The notes under the pieces: model-generated
Databases searched by the model: none
What the model was told of the DNA's origin: nothing
What the model saw: the letters and a program-made list of their open reading frames with translations, nothing else
In this document: positions 50,726 through 60,874 of the stretch, in pieces
Numbering within the stretch: the stretch's first letter is position 1
Layout of the letters: each line of letters opens with the position of its first letter
Made by a program: the position numbers and the translations under genes
Source: Porphyridium purpureum
Lineage: Eukaryota
Reading direction: 5' to 3'
DNA: 64,000 nucleotides
Assembly: GCA_008690995.1 (NCBI GenBank)
Contig: VRMN01000003.1
Location: forward strand, 1,736,001 to 1,800,000

Positions 50726-52723
50726 TCATTTCGCCTTGGTGGTGTGGTGATTGGCGGCTGCGAGCCATGCGAGTGCCAGGGAATGGAGCGCCATGCCCAC
50801 AACCGCGATGCTGCCGGTGACCAGAGGCGAAGCGGCGCAGCTTGCAACTCCGTAAGCGCCGCAAAACTCCCGCACGAGCGCCCAGGTGCTGCGCAACGCA
50901 AGCAGCGCGAGCGTGACTGAAATCACGCGTCGCAGCGTATGGCTGGCACCTTTTTGAAGCCCGCGCTCGATGGGCATGCGGGTGCAGAGCCAAAGACTCG
51001 GGAAGTAGCCCCCGGCTAGCCAAAATAAAACATGTAAATGAATGTCAAAGCGCGCATGCACGAGCCGCCCCGGTTCAGGCGAAAATGTGCCGTACAAGGT
51101 GACCAGGTGTTGACCGATATGTTCTCCGTCCAGCATGTGTGGGACAATAAGAAGCGGTCCACAAGCTAGCACGAGAGTAAAGACCACCAAGAATAGCCGG
51201 ACGCGGCGACCTACGGCCGACGGAGCATACTCAGAAGCACGTAGGGACAGAACGAGTACCCCTAATCCCGCAAACAGACAAAAGTAGCAGAGCTGCACAA
51301 AGACGCGTACGAAGTTGGAATACAAAAGAAAGTGATGAAACCCATGCACCAGCTGCTCAACGTGGGACATACCAATGTCATTTCCACAATCTGAAAAGCA
51401 CACTTGTACGGTGCTGTCTCGTACAATCAACGTGAGCCTGCCTCGCGGGTACTTGGTCGGCTCGACGACGAGCGTGTAAATTGCGTAAGGATTGGATTCA
51501 GAGAGTATCGCTTGCCCGATGTACTCATCTTCTTGGCCAGGTGCTTGGATAAACACTTCTAGTTCAGCTTCCGCAAGCTCTTCACTCGAGAGAGGATGAA
51601 TCACAGAAATGCGAACAGAAACAAGATGGCGCTCTCCGTCGCCGACGGGATCCTCAACGTGTGCAAACATGCATGTTTCACGAAGCTGGCAAAGAACATA
51701 TTGCCACATGCCACCACGCCATATCAGGATGCGATACATTTCCTGGAGCCAAACGCTGGGTGCCTCCATCTCTTCCTGGTACTGCAGTTCCTGCGTTGTC
51801 ACCTCAAAAGCTGGAGATGTGCACAAACGCCTTGTTTGTGCACGCATACCGTTAGGGGCTATCCCAAGAAGCGAATGCAAATGCCCGGACAATCGAATGT
51901 CGACGTCTAGTTTCATGAATCGCTCGCGCGCGTCGCTGCTATCGAAAGACAAGATGCTCGGCGGAAAATGGGACAAAAGAACAATCGATGCGATATCGAC
52001 TTCAACATGATCTTCTGCGACGCCTTTCGCCACGAAATGGCCACTCCTTGCGCGATTAACGAGCTCTTCTAGTTCGCGTAAGGTCTCGGTCTCTACGTGG
52101 CCGAAAAAATTGAGTGGCGCATGGAATCCTGGGTCTGCGGGTGCGTGAAGGGCTATCATCAAGAAATGCGTATTGTCACTCGCAGACATGATACGATAGT
52201 GAAGCCGTCGTGAAGTGCTGGTCGCCGCCGGCTCATTCGTAGCGTATCTAGAGAAGAAATCGGTGTCTGACATCCAGTGAGGCACGCCGAGGCTATCATG
52301 GTTTCCACGCGCTTCCAGCACGTTGTGCAAACGCTTGCGCAACGCCACATACTGCATCCATTCTGCCTCATCTTGATGCGATCGCTTACCCAGCACGCCT
52401 GGCCACCGAAGCGGGAGCGCTTTCGCGTTCACCAGATCCCCGCCAAGCAGCACGCCAGTCGGCTGGATTCTCTGTGAACACAAATCGACCAGATCACGAA
52501 AATTACGTATTGAGAGCCCACCATCCAACTCATGTGACTGAATATGCAAGTCTGTTGCATGAACAAACATCGCGCTCGCGTGCCGCTGAACAAGGCGACG
52601 TCTGCACTGGCCGGAACGCTCGAGTGACAACGGACGGTTCACGAACAAGATGAGCAGCACTCCCACGGCCATCAATGTGGCAAAGACGAGCTCATGCTGG
52701 AACCCGGCGGCTCGAAGGCCCAT
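50726..52723 (-). CDS. TMEM62-like calcineurin-like metallophosphoesterase with C-terminal TM region
   Basis: ATDLHI, GGDLVNAK, RGNHD, PLNFFG, SHFP, SGHLH; N-terminal anchor and several C-terminal TM helices. Confidence 0.85.
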   Translation of the reverse strand: MGLRAAGFQHELVFATLMAVGVLLILFVNRPLSLERSGQCRRRLVQRHASAMFVHATDLHIQSHELDGGLSIRNFRDLVDLCSQRIQPTGVLLGGDLVNAKALPLRWPGVLGKRSHQDEAEWMQYVALRKRLHNVLEARGNHDSLGVPHWMSDTDFFSRYATNEPAATSTSRRLHYRIMSASDNTHFLMIALHAPADPGFHAPLNFFGHVETETLRELEELVNRARSGHFVAKGVAEDHVEVDIASIVLLSHFPPSILSFDSSDARERFMKLDVDIRLSGHLHSLLGIAPNGMRAQTRRLCTSPAFEVTTQELQYQEEMEAPSVWLQEMYRILIWRGGMWQYVLCQLRETCMFAHVEDPVGDGERHLVSVRISVIHPLSSEELAEAELEVFIQAPGQEDEYIGQAILSESNPYAIYTLVVEPTKYPRGRLTLIVRDSTVQVCFSDCGNDIGMSHVEQLVHGFHHFLLYSNFVRVFVQLCYFCLFAGLGVLVLSLRASEYAPSAVGRRVRLFLVVFTLVLACGPLLIVPHMLDGEHIGQHLVTLYGTFSPEPGRLVHARFDIHLHVLFWLAGGYFPSLWLCTRMPIERGLQKGASHTLRRVISVTLALLALRSTWALVREFCGAYGVASCAASPLVTGSIAVVGMALHSLALAWLAAANHHTTKAK

Positions 52724-52960
52724 TGCCAGAGACTGCGCTGGACCGTGAGGCGAAACCCGGCAATGTCCAAGGCCGCAACCTTGCCACTTGGCACATTCCT
52801 TCGTCTTCAACCGCGGAACGCTCGAAACTTTTGTAATCCTTTTCTATCGATTATTTTAATACTCAACAGTTAAAAATCAAACTGAGCGCGTCGCGCTTTC
52901 GGACTGCGGCCGTCGCGGGTTGGAGTTCGTGGTGTGAGACGACACGAGGCGCGCTGAAAG

Positions 52961-55726
52961 ATGGCCAAGAAGACAAAGAAGCGGTTTGCCGGTGGCCGTG
53001 ATGGCCGCCGCGCGCGCGCAGTGAAAGACGAAGAGACACACCCGACCGCATTCAATTGGAGAGAGGCGCAGGAACTGCGCCGTGCTGCAGAATCGCGACG
53101 GCACGAGAATGGTGATGATGGTGATGATCATGATGATGATAATGATGATGATCGCGGTCGCGATAGTGAAGAGTACTCCGAGGAAGATAGCAACGAGGAA
53201 GACTTTGACTTTGGATTGAATGACGCACAGCATGATGCGGGGCATGACGAGAGAACACGTGAGAGGAATGACAGGTCCAAACGCTCGGAGCCAGAATTGT
53301 CGACCTCAGAGGAGGAGGACGACGAGGACGGCGTTCTGCTGTCCGATTTGTTGAAGCCACAGGTTCCAGTGGATGCGTCCATGCGCGCACAACAAAAAAT
53401 TATTCAGAATCGGCTCTTGCCCAAGCCACGTAAGAGTAGGGATGCTCACTCAGATGGAGACGATTCCGCATCACACAGTGGGACGGATGGAGAGCTCGGG
53501 CGAGGTGATGAGTCAGACTTCGATTCAGGTAAGGATGATGAAGCCAGTGCACTTGCTGCGTCAGATGACGAGAGTGATTTAGATGACAAAGATGAAGATT
53601 CAGACTTGGATCGACACGAGCGCACACTTGCTGCGGTGACTGGACGGCGGATTCGGGTGCGTGAGCATGGCGCAAAAGCACTCACGAGAGATGCTGCATC
53701 TCGTGCCACCGTGGCCAAGGCGTCAGTCGCGGAATTGCTGGGGGCCCTAAGAGGTGGAGAGCTGGACGGGCGCCTGGAAGAGATCACGAAAAAGGTGGAA
53801 AGGCTCGAGCGCACCAAAGTGGAAGCGCCCCAGAAATCACAGGTGGAAATTGCAAAGATGGAGCGCACAGTGGCATACGAGCAGGATGTCAAGGAAGTCA
53901 GCCGCTACCAGAGGATGGTAGACAAAAATCGGAAGGCGCCGCAGTTGTCGTTTCCTCTGCCGACACAACGCGTAGAGCCGCGCGCGCAGCGTGTCAAATC
54001 GAGCGCGGACGTTGCATCTTCCTTTCGGCCGTCGCGGCCGCTAGAGCAGCAGATTGAGGACATTCTGAAGGCGGCGCGGGTCTCGCGAGATGCGGAAGCG
54101 CAGCAAAGCGAAGAGCAAGGTCTGAAGCAGCTGAGCAGAGACGAAATGCTGAAGCGCACCCGTGAACTCGCGAGAATGCGCGCACTGCTTTTCTACGATG
54201 AAAAGCGAGCCAAGCGCATCAAAAAAGTCAAATCGAAAAAGTTTCGCAAGCTGTTGCGCGCGGAGAAGAAACGAACCCGGGCCGATGATGACGAATTGGA
54301 CGAGCTCGACGACCCAGAGCTCACAGCTGAGCGGCGCGAAAAGGCGGAGCGGCGACGCGTGGAAGAGCGCATGACGCTTCGGCATCGAAACAACAGCAAG
54401 TGGGTCAAGCGCCAGCTGCAGCGTGGTACGGGGCAGCATGATACGAGCGTGAAGGACGCCATCAACGAGCAGTTGCAACTGGAGCGTGAACTGAAACGGA
54501 AGACTAAGGCCACCCATTCGGACTCAGAAGGCGAATCAGATTCAGAGTTCGAAAGTGGGTATTCGTCTCTTGACGACGGCGAACAGAAGCAAGACGCTGC
54601 GAGTGGAGGGACCAAAGAGCGCGCACCTCGAAAGGGCCTGTTCAATATGAATTTTATGCAGCGTGCCATGGAGAAGCGAAGGCAGGAGGCAAACGCACTG
54701 CTTGCTGAGCTGCCTGGTGAAGATGGGGACCCGTCCTTCAGCGAGGACGTGCCCGTCCTTGGGCGACGGACATTTGGGAAATCCACCCTCGCAGAGAAAA
54801 CAAACAATGCCAAGGTTCCTGCAGAACTCGATGCGGATCCATTAGACACGCTCCAGCCACAGGCGGGGGAGGAAGACGACTTGGAAGCCTTGGAACATCG
54901 GATGAACGTCGAGGTGCGCGAGCAGAGGGACCAGTATGCAGAGGCGCAAAAGTCGTCAGCCGTGGCTGCCGCTATCCAGGCGCTGGGAGCGCATCAAGTG
55001 AAATCTCCGGTCCAAAGCGTGAACGAATGGCGGGAAGAGGAAGTGAGATTTGTTGATAAGGCACAGCCTGCGAAGGCATCGAAGAGTATTTCCAAGGCAG
55101 TGGCTAAAGAAACGAAGCCTGAGCCGGCGCAGCCACGTGCAGTCGGTATCGCTCAGGACAAGGCGTTGAACATGCGTCTTATCCAGGAAGCTTTCGCAGG
55201 TGCCGGGGCAGAGGTCGAGGACGAGTTCGAGAGAGAGAAGCAGGCTGCCGCGGATGAGTCGTTGGACAAGCATCTGCGCAAGGACTCAATTCAAGCAAGC
55301 GTTGTGCACATGCCTGGCTGGGGTAGTTGGGGTGGTGAAGGCGCGCGCGTCAATGAAAAGCGGCTCAAGGATGAGGAGACGAACAAGACCGCGCTCCTGC
55401 ATGCGCGCGATGCAGCTCTTGCGAAGCGCAAGGACATGAAGCGCGGGATGGAGCACGTAATTCTCAACGAAAAGCGACACAAAGCCGGGGTTGATTTAAC
55501 GGTACCGGCTGCACCTTACCCTTTCCGTTCAGGAGAGCAGTACCACGCGTCGCTCGCCATGCCCCTCGGGCGTGATTGGCAGACCCAACTCAACCACAAG
55601 AAGTTCATCGAACCGGCTGTCATTGCCAAAGCCGGTGTGCCCTTGTTGCCGATGCGGGCACTCCCCCTGAGCCATGGCGCGGCCGCAGCGGCGGCAAGGT
55701 CGCGCCGTAAACCGTTTCTTCAGTAG
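52961..55726 (+). CDS. UTP14: U3 snoRNA-associated protein 14
   Basis: ELARMRALLFYDEKRAKRIKKVKSKKFRK, RVEERMTLRHRNNSKW, MPGWGSWGG, HVILNEK, PYPF...PLGRDW. Confidence 0.92.
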   Translation: MAKKTKKRFAGGRDGRRARAVKDEETHPTAFNWREAQELRRAAESRRHENGDDGDDHDDDNDDDRGRDSEEYSEEDSNEEDFDFGLNDAQHDAGHDERTRERNDRSKRSEPELSTSEEEDDEDGVLLSDLLKPQVPVDASMRAQQKIIQNRLLPKPRKSRDAHSDGDDSASHSGTDGELGRGDESDFDSGKDDEASALAASDDESDLDDKDEDSDLDRHERTLAAVTGRRIRVREHGAKALTRDAASRATVAKASVAELLGALRGGELDGRLEEITKKVERLERTKVEAPQKSQVEIAKMERTVAYEQDVKEVSRYQRMVDKNRKAPQLSFPLPTQRVEPRAQRVKSSADVASSFRPSRPLEQQIEDILKAARVSRDAEAQQSEEQGLKQLSRDEMLKRTRELARMRALLFYDEKRAKRIKKVKSKKFRKLLRAEKKRTRADDDELDELDDPELTAERREKAERRRVEERMTLRHRNNSKWVKRQLQRGTGQHDTSVKDAINEQLQLERELKRKTKATHSDSEGESDSEFESGYSSLDDGEQKQDAASGGTKERAPRKGLFNMNFMQRAMEKRRQEANALLAELPGEDGDPSFSEDVPVLGRRTFGKSTLAEKTNNAKVPAELDADPLDTLQPQAGEEDDLEALEHRMNVEVREQRDQYAEAQKSSAVAAAIQALGAHQVKSPVQSVNEWREEEVRFVDKAQPAKASKSISKAVAKETKPEPAQPRAVGIAQDKALNMRLIQEAFAGAGAEVEDEFEREKQAAADESLDKHLRKDSIQASVVHMPGWGSWGGEGARVNEKRLKDEETNKTALLHARDAALAKRKDMKRGMEHVILNEKRHKAGVDLTVPAAPYPFRSGEQYHASLAMPLGRDWQTQLNHKKFIEPAVIAKAGVPLLPMRALPLSHGAAAAAARSRRKPFLQ

Positions 55727-55877
55727 GAGCAGATCTCAATTTCCTTTGCCCAAGTACAACAACATACGCAACGCTGTTCTCTGTTATGCACGAATACATG
55801 TAATACTCTCTAGATATCCCGCGTTTCTCAGATTTCCAGAGCTCGGCCGCGGGACAAGCGGCGTGACGCATAGCGGC

Positions 55878-57842
55878 ATGTCTGCAGAGACGAGTAGTCA
55901 CACGAACAACAGAAGTAGCTCTCGAACGCAGACACACGTGCTGATTCTCGTATGCGTGGCTTTGCTGTGCCTGATTGCGGCCGCGAGCGTGTCGAAACTA
56001 GGTGTGCAGTTGCACTTGACGGGCAACACTGCAGCTGTGGTTGTGCCCGAGGTACGTGGTCGAGCAGATACGCCGCTCGATAGCGTCGACCCGCAACTAC
56101 AAGTTCAGGGGCAGCCACATGAATCGGAGCGGGAAGACGACGAGAACAAGGCGGAGGGATCGGAGCCGAATGGGACCGAGAAGCGGATTTCAGATGGACG
56201 TGAACGGAGTCGCCGAATGGCCGAATCGTTGTGGTATCCCAGTTTGCAGTGTTCGGGAGATTTTGTTCTTGACGCACACGAAGCAGACAAGGTGTGGTCG
56301 CCATCACATATGAATTTGAATCCTACCGAGTGGACGTGGCTCTTTCAAGGCCAGGTTATTGTGAGGGAGACCGCGATCGACCATCGACCCGCCGCTCAGC
56401 GCTTTCTAACGAGCGACTCGCACCACCGTATGCTAGTCTTGCTTTCCATGAGCAGCAATTTTAGTATCGAACAAGACAGCGCGTGGGCACGCCTGCCCGC
56501 AGTGAACGCGTCAGAGTACCAGCCGCATCGCTTGGAAGAGGTCCCGAGGCTCCGAGCGGACGCTTACCCGCTGACAGATCGATACCGGCAGCTTGAGAAG
56601 AATCCCAAGGTGATGGACGCGGACTGGGTACTGGCCATTGAGCTGGACCCTGGCACAAACTTGAGCACACACAGTCGCCGCATGGTCGAGTACGGATTCG
56701 CGGTCCACATGCGCGCGCCCCAAGACAGCGAACATCAGCCAATTGCACTGACCTTTTCTGGCCGGCTCGCTCTGGCTTGCGCAAGCGGTTGGGAAGAAGC
56801 GTACTTATTGCCCCACCACATTCCACATCGATCCGCTCAGTGTAGTGACAGCAGCGGTGCTGTGGTTATTGCTGGTAGCGCTCTCTTTGGACCAAAGCTG
56901 CGCGACGCGCGTGAAGCTGCGCATTTTATCGCGCGCTCTTTGCACGGGCCGGTGAGGTTTGATTTCGTCGGCGTTCCAGTAGCGATGGAGTACAGCATGG
57001 CCAGGATTGAGCACGAGTGCCATTCGGTACGATGCATGATTCACAAACATCTGCTCAACTTGCAATTGCTACAGAAAGTGGAACGAGATGTACGCACGGA
57101 GCTTCGTGTGCTTGGTCTCTCACCAAATTTAACTCACCAAGTGGCGTTTTTCCCGTTTTGCCGCTTGGGCAGCCTAGTTATGAGTGAGGCCGGATCTCCA
57201 TGCAAAGTCTCGTACTATCGCTCGCAGTACGTGTCGCTCATGCTGACGTACTTGCTCTACGCGCCGCGCTTCCGCTGGCTCACGGTGTACGACGTGGACG
57301 AGTTTGTGGCGCCGCTAGGCTCGGTGCATGGAAGCGCGCGTGCGTGGCGCAAGCAAGTTTCAGCGACGAGCGTCTTCGATCAACTTGGGAAGTCTGCCGT
57401 GGTCATACCATGGCACAATGTGCTCGTGCGAACGGCCGAGGATCGTCGTGCGCTGAGTCGGCAGCTGATTCGCAGCACGATTGGCCAAGACGGACAGACG
57501 GCAGATTACCCGCGGCTGTACAACCGTGAGTGTGCGGTCTCGCAGAGCTGCACGTACATGGCGCGCCGCTCAAACGGCAAGCCTGCGATCTCGTGCGAGA
57601 AAGGCATGCAGATCAGCATCCACCACGCGTTCACGCTCAGCGAGCATGCGCGGAGCATTGTGGACGTGGACACGATCCGCGTTCTGGACGAAAGCCTCAA
57701 CTCATCCCTTCTGCGCATCTGGCATGCGCGCAGCCAAATCCGGCCCGGGTTCGAGAACTGCTGCTTATATGTCCCCGACAACCTCACATGTGACGCCGAC
57801 TGGTGGCCGCATGCTCACACGCGCAAACCGCAAGTCGCGTAG
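55878..57842 (+). CDS. type II membrane protein, GT92/DUF23-like glycosyltransferase
   Basis: Single N-terminal TM followed by a stem; RFRWLTVYDVDEFVAP (DxD), later KPAI...ISIHH and IWHAR motifs. Confidence 0.65.
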   Translation: MSAETSSHTNNRSSSRTQTHVLILVCVALLCLIAAASVSKLGVQLHLTGNTAAVVVPEVRGRADTPLDSVDPQLQVQGQPHESEREDDENKAEGSEPNGTEKRISDGRERSRRMAESLWYPSLQCSGDFVLDAHEADKVWSPSHMNLNPTEWTWLFQGQVIVRETAIDHRPAAQRFLTSDSHHRMLVLLSMSSNFSIEQDSAWARLPAVNASEYQPHRLEEVPRLRADAYPLTDRYRQLEKNPKVMDADWVLAIELDPGTNLSTHSRRMVEYGFAVHMRAPQDSEHQPIALTFSGRLALACASGWEEAYLLPHHIPHRSAQCSDSSGAVVIAGSALFGPKLRDAREAAHFIARSLHGPVRFDFVGVPVAMEYSMARIEHECHSVRCMIHKHLLNLQLLQKVERDVRTELRVLGLSPNLTHQVAFFPFCRLGSLVMSEAGSPCKVSYYRSQYVSLMLTYLLYAPRFRWLTVYDVDEFVAPLGSVHGSARAWRKQVSATSVFDQLGKSAVVIPWHNVLVRTAEDRRALSRQLIRSTIGQDGQTADYPRLYNRECAVSQSCTYMARRSNGKPAISCEKGMQISIHHAFTLSEHARSIVDVDTIRVLDESLNSSLLRIWHARSQIRPGFENCCLYVPDNLTCDADWWPHAHTRKPQVA

Positions 57843-58202
57843 AAAATCAGCGGCACTAACTGTACACTACCAATTTAGCCCCCTTCCCTCTCTTCGTGGT
57901 CCACTTTACTGAATCACCGTACTCACTCTTAATAAAACAGACCTAAAAAATGAAGAAGTATTTTTCGACGAGAAAGTGCGATGTGGAGCACTGTACGTTT
58001 ACTGAACTCGCCGACGGCGCTCAGGGCTGCTCGGGAACTTGCAAATCTCACGCCATTGCGTCCGCTGTGCGAATGTGGGCGTGTGTGGCAAGACGACGCG
58101 CACGGCTAGACTTTGAAGGTGAAGGGTTGGGTGGGTGGGTGAACAGAAGTTTGTGTAGGCATACATAGAGATAGAGCGCGCGTTGGTTCAACGAGAAGCG
58201 CA

Positions 58203-59675
58203 ATGCGCGGCGACGTGGAAAGCGATGCGCTGCTTGGCAAGCCGTGCGGACAGGACGGAAATGCGGCTGGCACGAGTGGAGCGCGCGGTGAGTGTGTGAG
58301 CCGCGATGGCCCCGCGCGCGCGCGAGTGCTGGGCGTCGTCGTGTTGTTCCTGATGCTGCTGGGTTGCGCAGTGATTGCACTCGCGGTGACGTCTGTGACG
58401 ACGCGTCTCCCGCATTGGCGCACGCGCGAGCAGCTGCAGAGGCTCCCGGATTTGTGGGAAGAATTAGACGCTCGCGTCAAGTCCTCCGGCTCCGGTAGCT
58501 ACGAGGTCCGCGACACGTACGCACTAGGCAATTTGCTGCGATCCGGGTACGTGCGCGTCGATGGACGCTTTTTGTACGACAATTGGCGCGGCATTCTCTT
58601 TGATTTCGTCGGCGTGCAACTGACGTTTCATGTCATGCACGCGTCGCGAATTCTGTTTCGCTTCAATGAAGGCGGCTCTGCATACTACACTGTGTTTGCA
58701 GAGCCGAGCTCGAAATGCAGGGGCGATTATCGCGCCTCTCACAAAACGGCATTTCTGCAGAATCAGGATACACTCGCCATTTCGCTCGATGTCCTCGACG
58801 GGAAGTATGTCGGTCGCTGCATGTACACCATCCGTCTTGTGAAGGAGACGGAACCTTTTCAGATGCCCTTCTTCCCAAATGCCTCTGTGTCGCGTCCCAT
58901 CGCACGGCTAGATTCCATTCAGCTGGAAAGCAGGACCGCGAAAGATCGCCAGGGAAAGACCTTCCGTGCGCGGCTCTTTCGGCACCAAGAATCAAAACAT
59001 GCGCGGCGCCTGTTGGTCATTGGAGATTCAGAGTCGGCTGGGTTTTGTGATGATGGCCCTCGCCACATGAGCCAGGACCGATACGGACAATGGAGAGAAT
59101 TTTCGCGCTTCTCCGACTCGTGGGTGTACAAGCTCGTGACTTCACTTCGTTGGGAATACGATATCGTGGCAGTGTCTGGCCGCGGCGTGGTGCGCAACTT
59201 TTATGAATCAGGGCCGTACAGCGCTGCACGGGAAGTCATGTCCTCTTTCGTCAGCCGCGCTCTGCAATCTGTCCCGGGAAGCCACGAGCGCGACGTGCCG
59301 TTTTTGAGAAAGCCGGACATTGTCATCATTTTTCTTGGTTGCAACGACTTTTTTGACGCTGCGCAGGACTTGGACTCGGTTGTCAACGTCCGCGGCTTTG
59401 AAGGCGGCCTGCAGTCTCTTGCGACAAAGTACGCAAAGGCGGGTATAAAGCTTTTCATGCTGTGCGGTGGCTATACAGATGATCGCCAAGCACCGTGTGG
59501 CCCTGTCAGCCGCGTGTGCAATAGCCTGGACAGCAGCGGCTCCGATTGCACATTTTTATACATGCCTCGAAGTCTTGTGCCGTACCCGCAATACGAAGCG
59601 TGTGCCGCACACGTGAATTCGGAGGGACAGGATATCATCGCTCAGTATGTCGCGAGTGCAATGGACGATCTGTGA
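58203..59675 (+). CDS. membrane-anchored SGNH hydrolase, carbohydrate esterase CE2-like
   Basis: N-terminal TM; beta domain YTIRLVKETE; LVIGDSESAGF (block I), AVSGRGVVRN (II), PDIVIIFLGCND (III), ACAAHVNSEGQ (V). Confidence 0.8.
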   Translation: MRGDVESDALLGKPCGQDGNAAGTSGARGECVSRDGPARARVLGVVVLFLMLLGCAVIALAVTSVTTRLPHWRTREQLQRLPDLWEELDARVKSSGSGSYEVRDTYALGNLLRSGYVRVDGRFLYDNWRGILFDFVGVQLTFHVMHASRILFRFNEGGSAYYTVFAEPSSKCRGDYRASHKTAFLQNQDTLAISLDVLDGKYVGRCMYTIRLVKETEPFQMPFFPNASVSRPIARLDSIQLESRTAKDRQGKTFRARLFRHQESKHARRLLVIGDSESAGFCDDGPRHMSQDRYGQWREFSRFSDSWVYKLVTSLRWEYDIVAVSGRGVVRNFYESGPYSAAREVMSSFVSRALQSVPGSHERDVPFLRKPDIVIIFLGCNDFFDAAQDLDSVVNVRGFEGGLQSLATKYAKAGIKLFMLCGGYTDDRQAPCGPVSRVCNSLDSSGSDCTFLYMPRSLVPYPQYEACAAHVNSEGQDIIAQYVASAMDDL

Positions 59676-59980
59676 CTTTTGCATTGGGTCCATTGTTTGG
59701 ACATGCCTGCGTTTTGTTTTCGTTTTTTGGGGCTCTTCTTGAGCGATCGGTGAATTAGGTAAATACAGGTAGGAATTGCCAAGGACTTATGGAATGCCCC
59801 TTTTGGATTGAGTGAAGCACTTTCCAGCGCGATGGACGCTGAGAAGTGGCCAGTCGTGCAACCCCCTGGAAAGAAGTAAAGTACTACAGTGCACGTGACG
59901 CGGATGATACGCGCACAAAGAAAATGCTTGCAACTGTACTGAGAGCGTTTTCTACTTTTTTGGCCACTTTTCGCTTTCAA

Positions 59981-60874
59981 TCATGGCCCCAAGCTCTTCG
60001 ATGCACCTGCGATGGGTAAAAATGTTGAATGTGAATCGAGCTCTCTCCATGCACGTTCGATTCCGTCCATATGTGCCATCCCGACGACAGCAACCACGCG
60101 GCCACGCGCTCCTTGCAGTTGTTTAGCCATGAACTCGTCTCTCTCATCCAGGAGCGCGCGCGTGACGTTGGGGTAGCTATCGCGCATAGACTGAACTATT
60201 GTCCGAACGAATGGTCGATCCAGCTCTCTTTCGCCCTCGATTCCCTCAAGTACCCTTTTGATCTCGGGAAAGGGGGTTTCTCGGTCGGACCATGCGTGCG
60301 GCGTGAGCATGTTGATAAGGATTTTATCCAAGTCCTTAAGGCCAGCCTTGAGGAGCGCGCGCACGATGTCATCCTGCTCCTTGTCAAAATATACCACGTC
60401 GCAGCCCTGAATGCGTTCCGCTTCCTTGATTGCTTCGAGCAGCTCACTGCCAGGCAAGACGTTAAGCTTGCTAAAGATCTCAGTTGCTTTCTCGATTACT
60501 CCAGGAAGCTTGTTCATGTGGTCCGCTTGCCCAAATGGCAGATCCATTTTGCCGATCTCCTTCAAGATGGACGCCAGAAACCCCTCCTGGGGCTTCTCCT
60601 TTCCAACCCTTTCGCGCATGATGTTTGCGCGGTTGCGGTCCAGCTCCACGTAGACCTCATTCGGCTGCACAACACGGATCAAGTCCGACACGGCGCGCGT
60701 GCTCCCTTTACCAAGATGAATCGTGCCAATCAAGTACAGCTCTGCGCCCGTCCGGAGGGACCTCACGACAACTGGGTTCGTGTCTGACAGCTGAATGTTC
60801 TGCGCACCAATTGAACTTGCAGTACTCGACGCCGCGCGGACTCCACCCAGCGCTCTCCACAACAGCTGCCGCAT
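59981..60874 (-). CDS. TraB/PrgY-domain protein (TRABD-like), probably mitochondrial
   Basis: LYLIGTIH, VQPNEVYVELDRNR, PGSELLEA, LLDERDEFMA, VVAVVGMAHMDGI; presequence-like MRQLLWRALGGVRAAS. Confidence 0.85.
   Translation of the reverse strand: MRQLLWRALGGVRAASSTASSIGAQNIQLSDTNPVVVRSLRTGAELYLIGTIHLGKGSTRAVSDLIRVVQPNEVYVELDRNRANIMRERVGKEKPQEGFLASILKEIGKMDLPFGQADHMNKLPGVIEKATEIFSKLNVLPGSELLEAIKEAERIQGCDVVYFDKEQDDIVRALLKAGLKDLDKILINMLTPHAWSDRETPFPEIKRVLEGIEGERELDRPFVRTIVQSMRDSYPNVTRALLDERDEFMAKQLQGARGRVVAVVGMAHMDGIERAWRELDSHSTFLPIAGASKSLGP

Noticed and set aside
53108..53152. GAT trinucleotide repeat
   Set aside because: Encodes the Asp-rich low-complexity region of UTP14.
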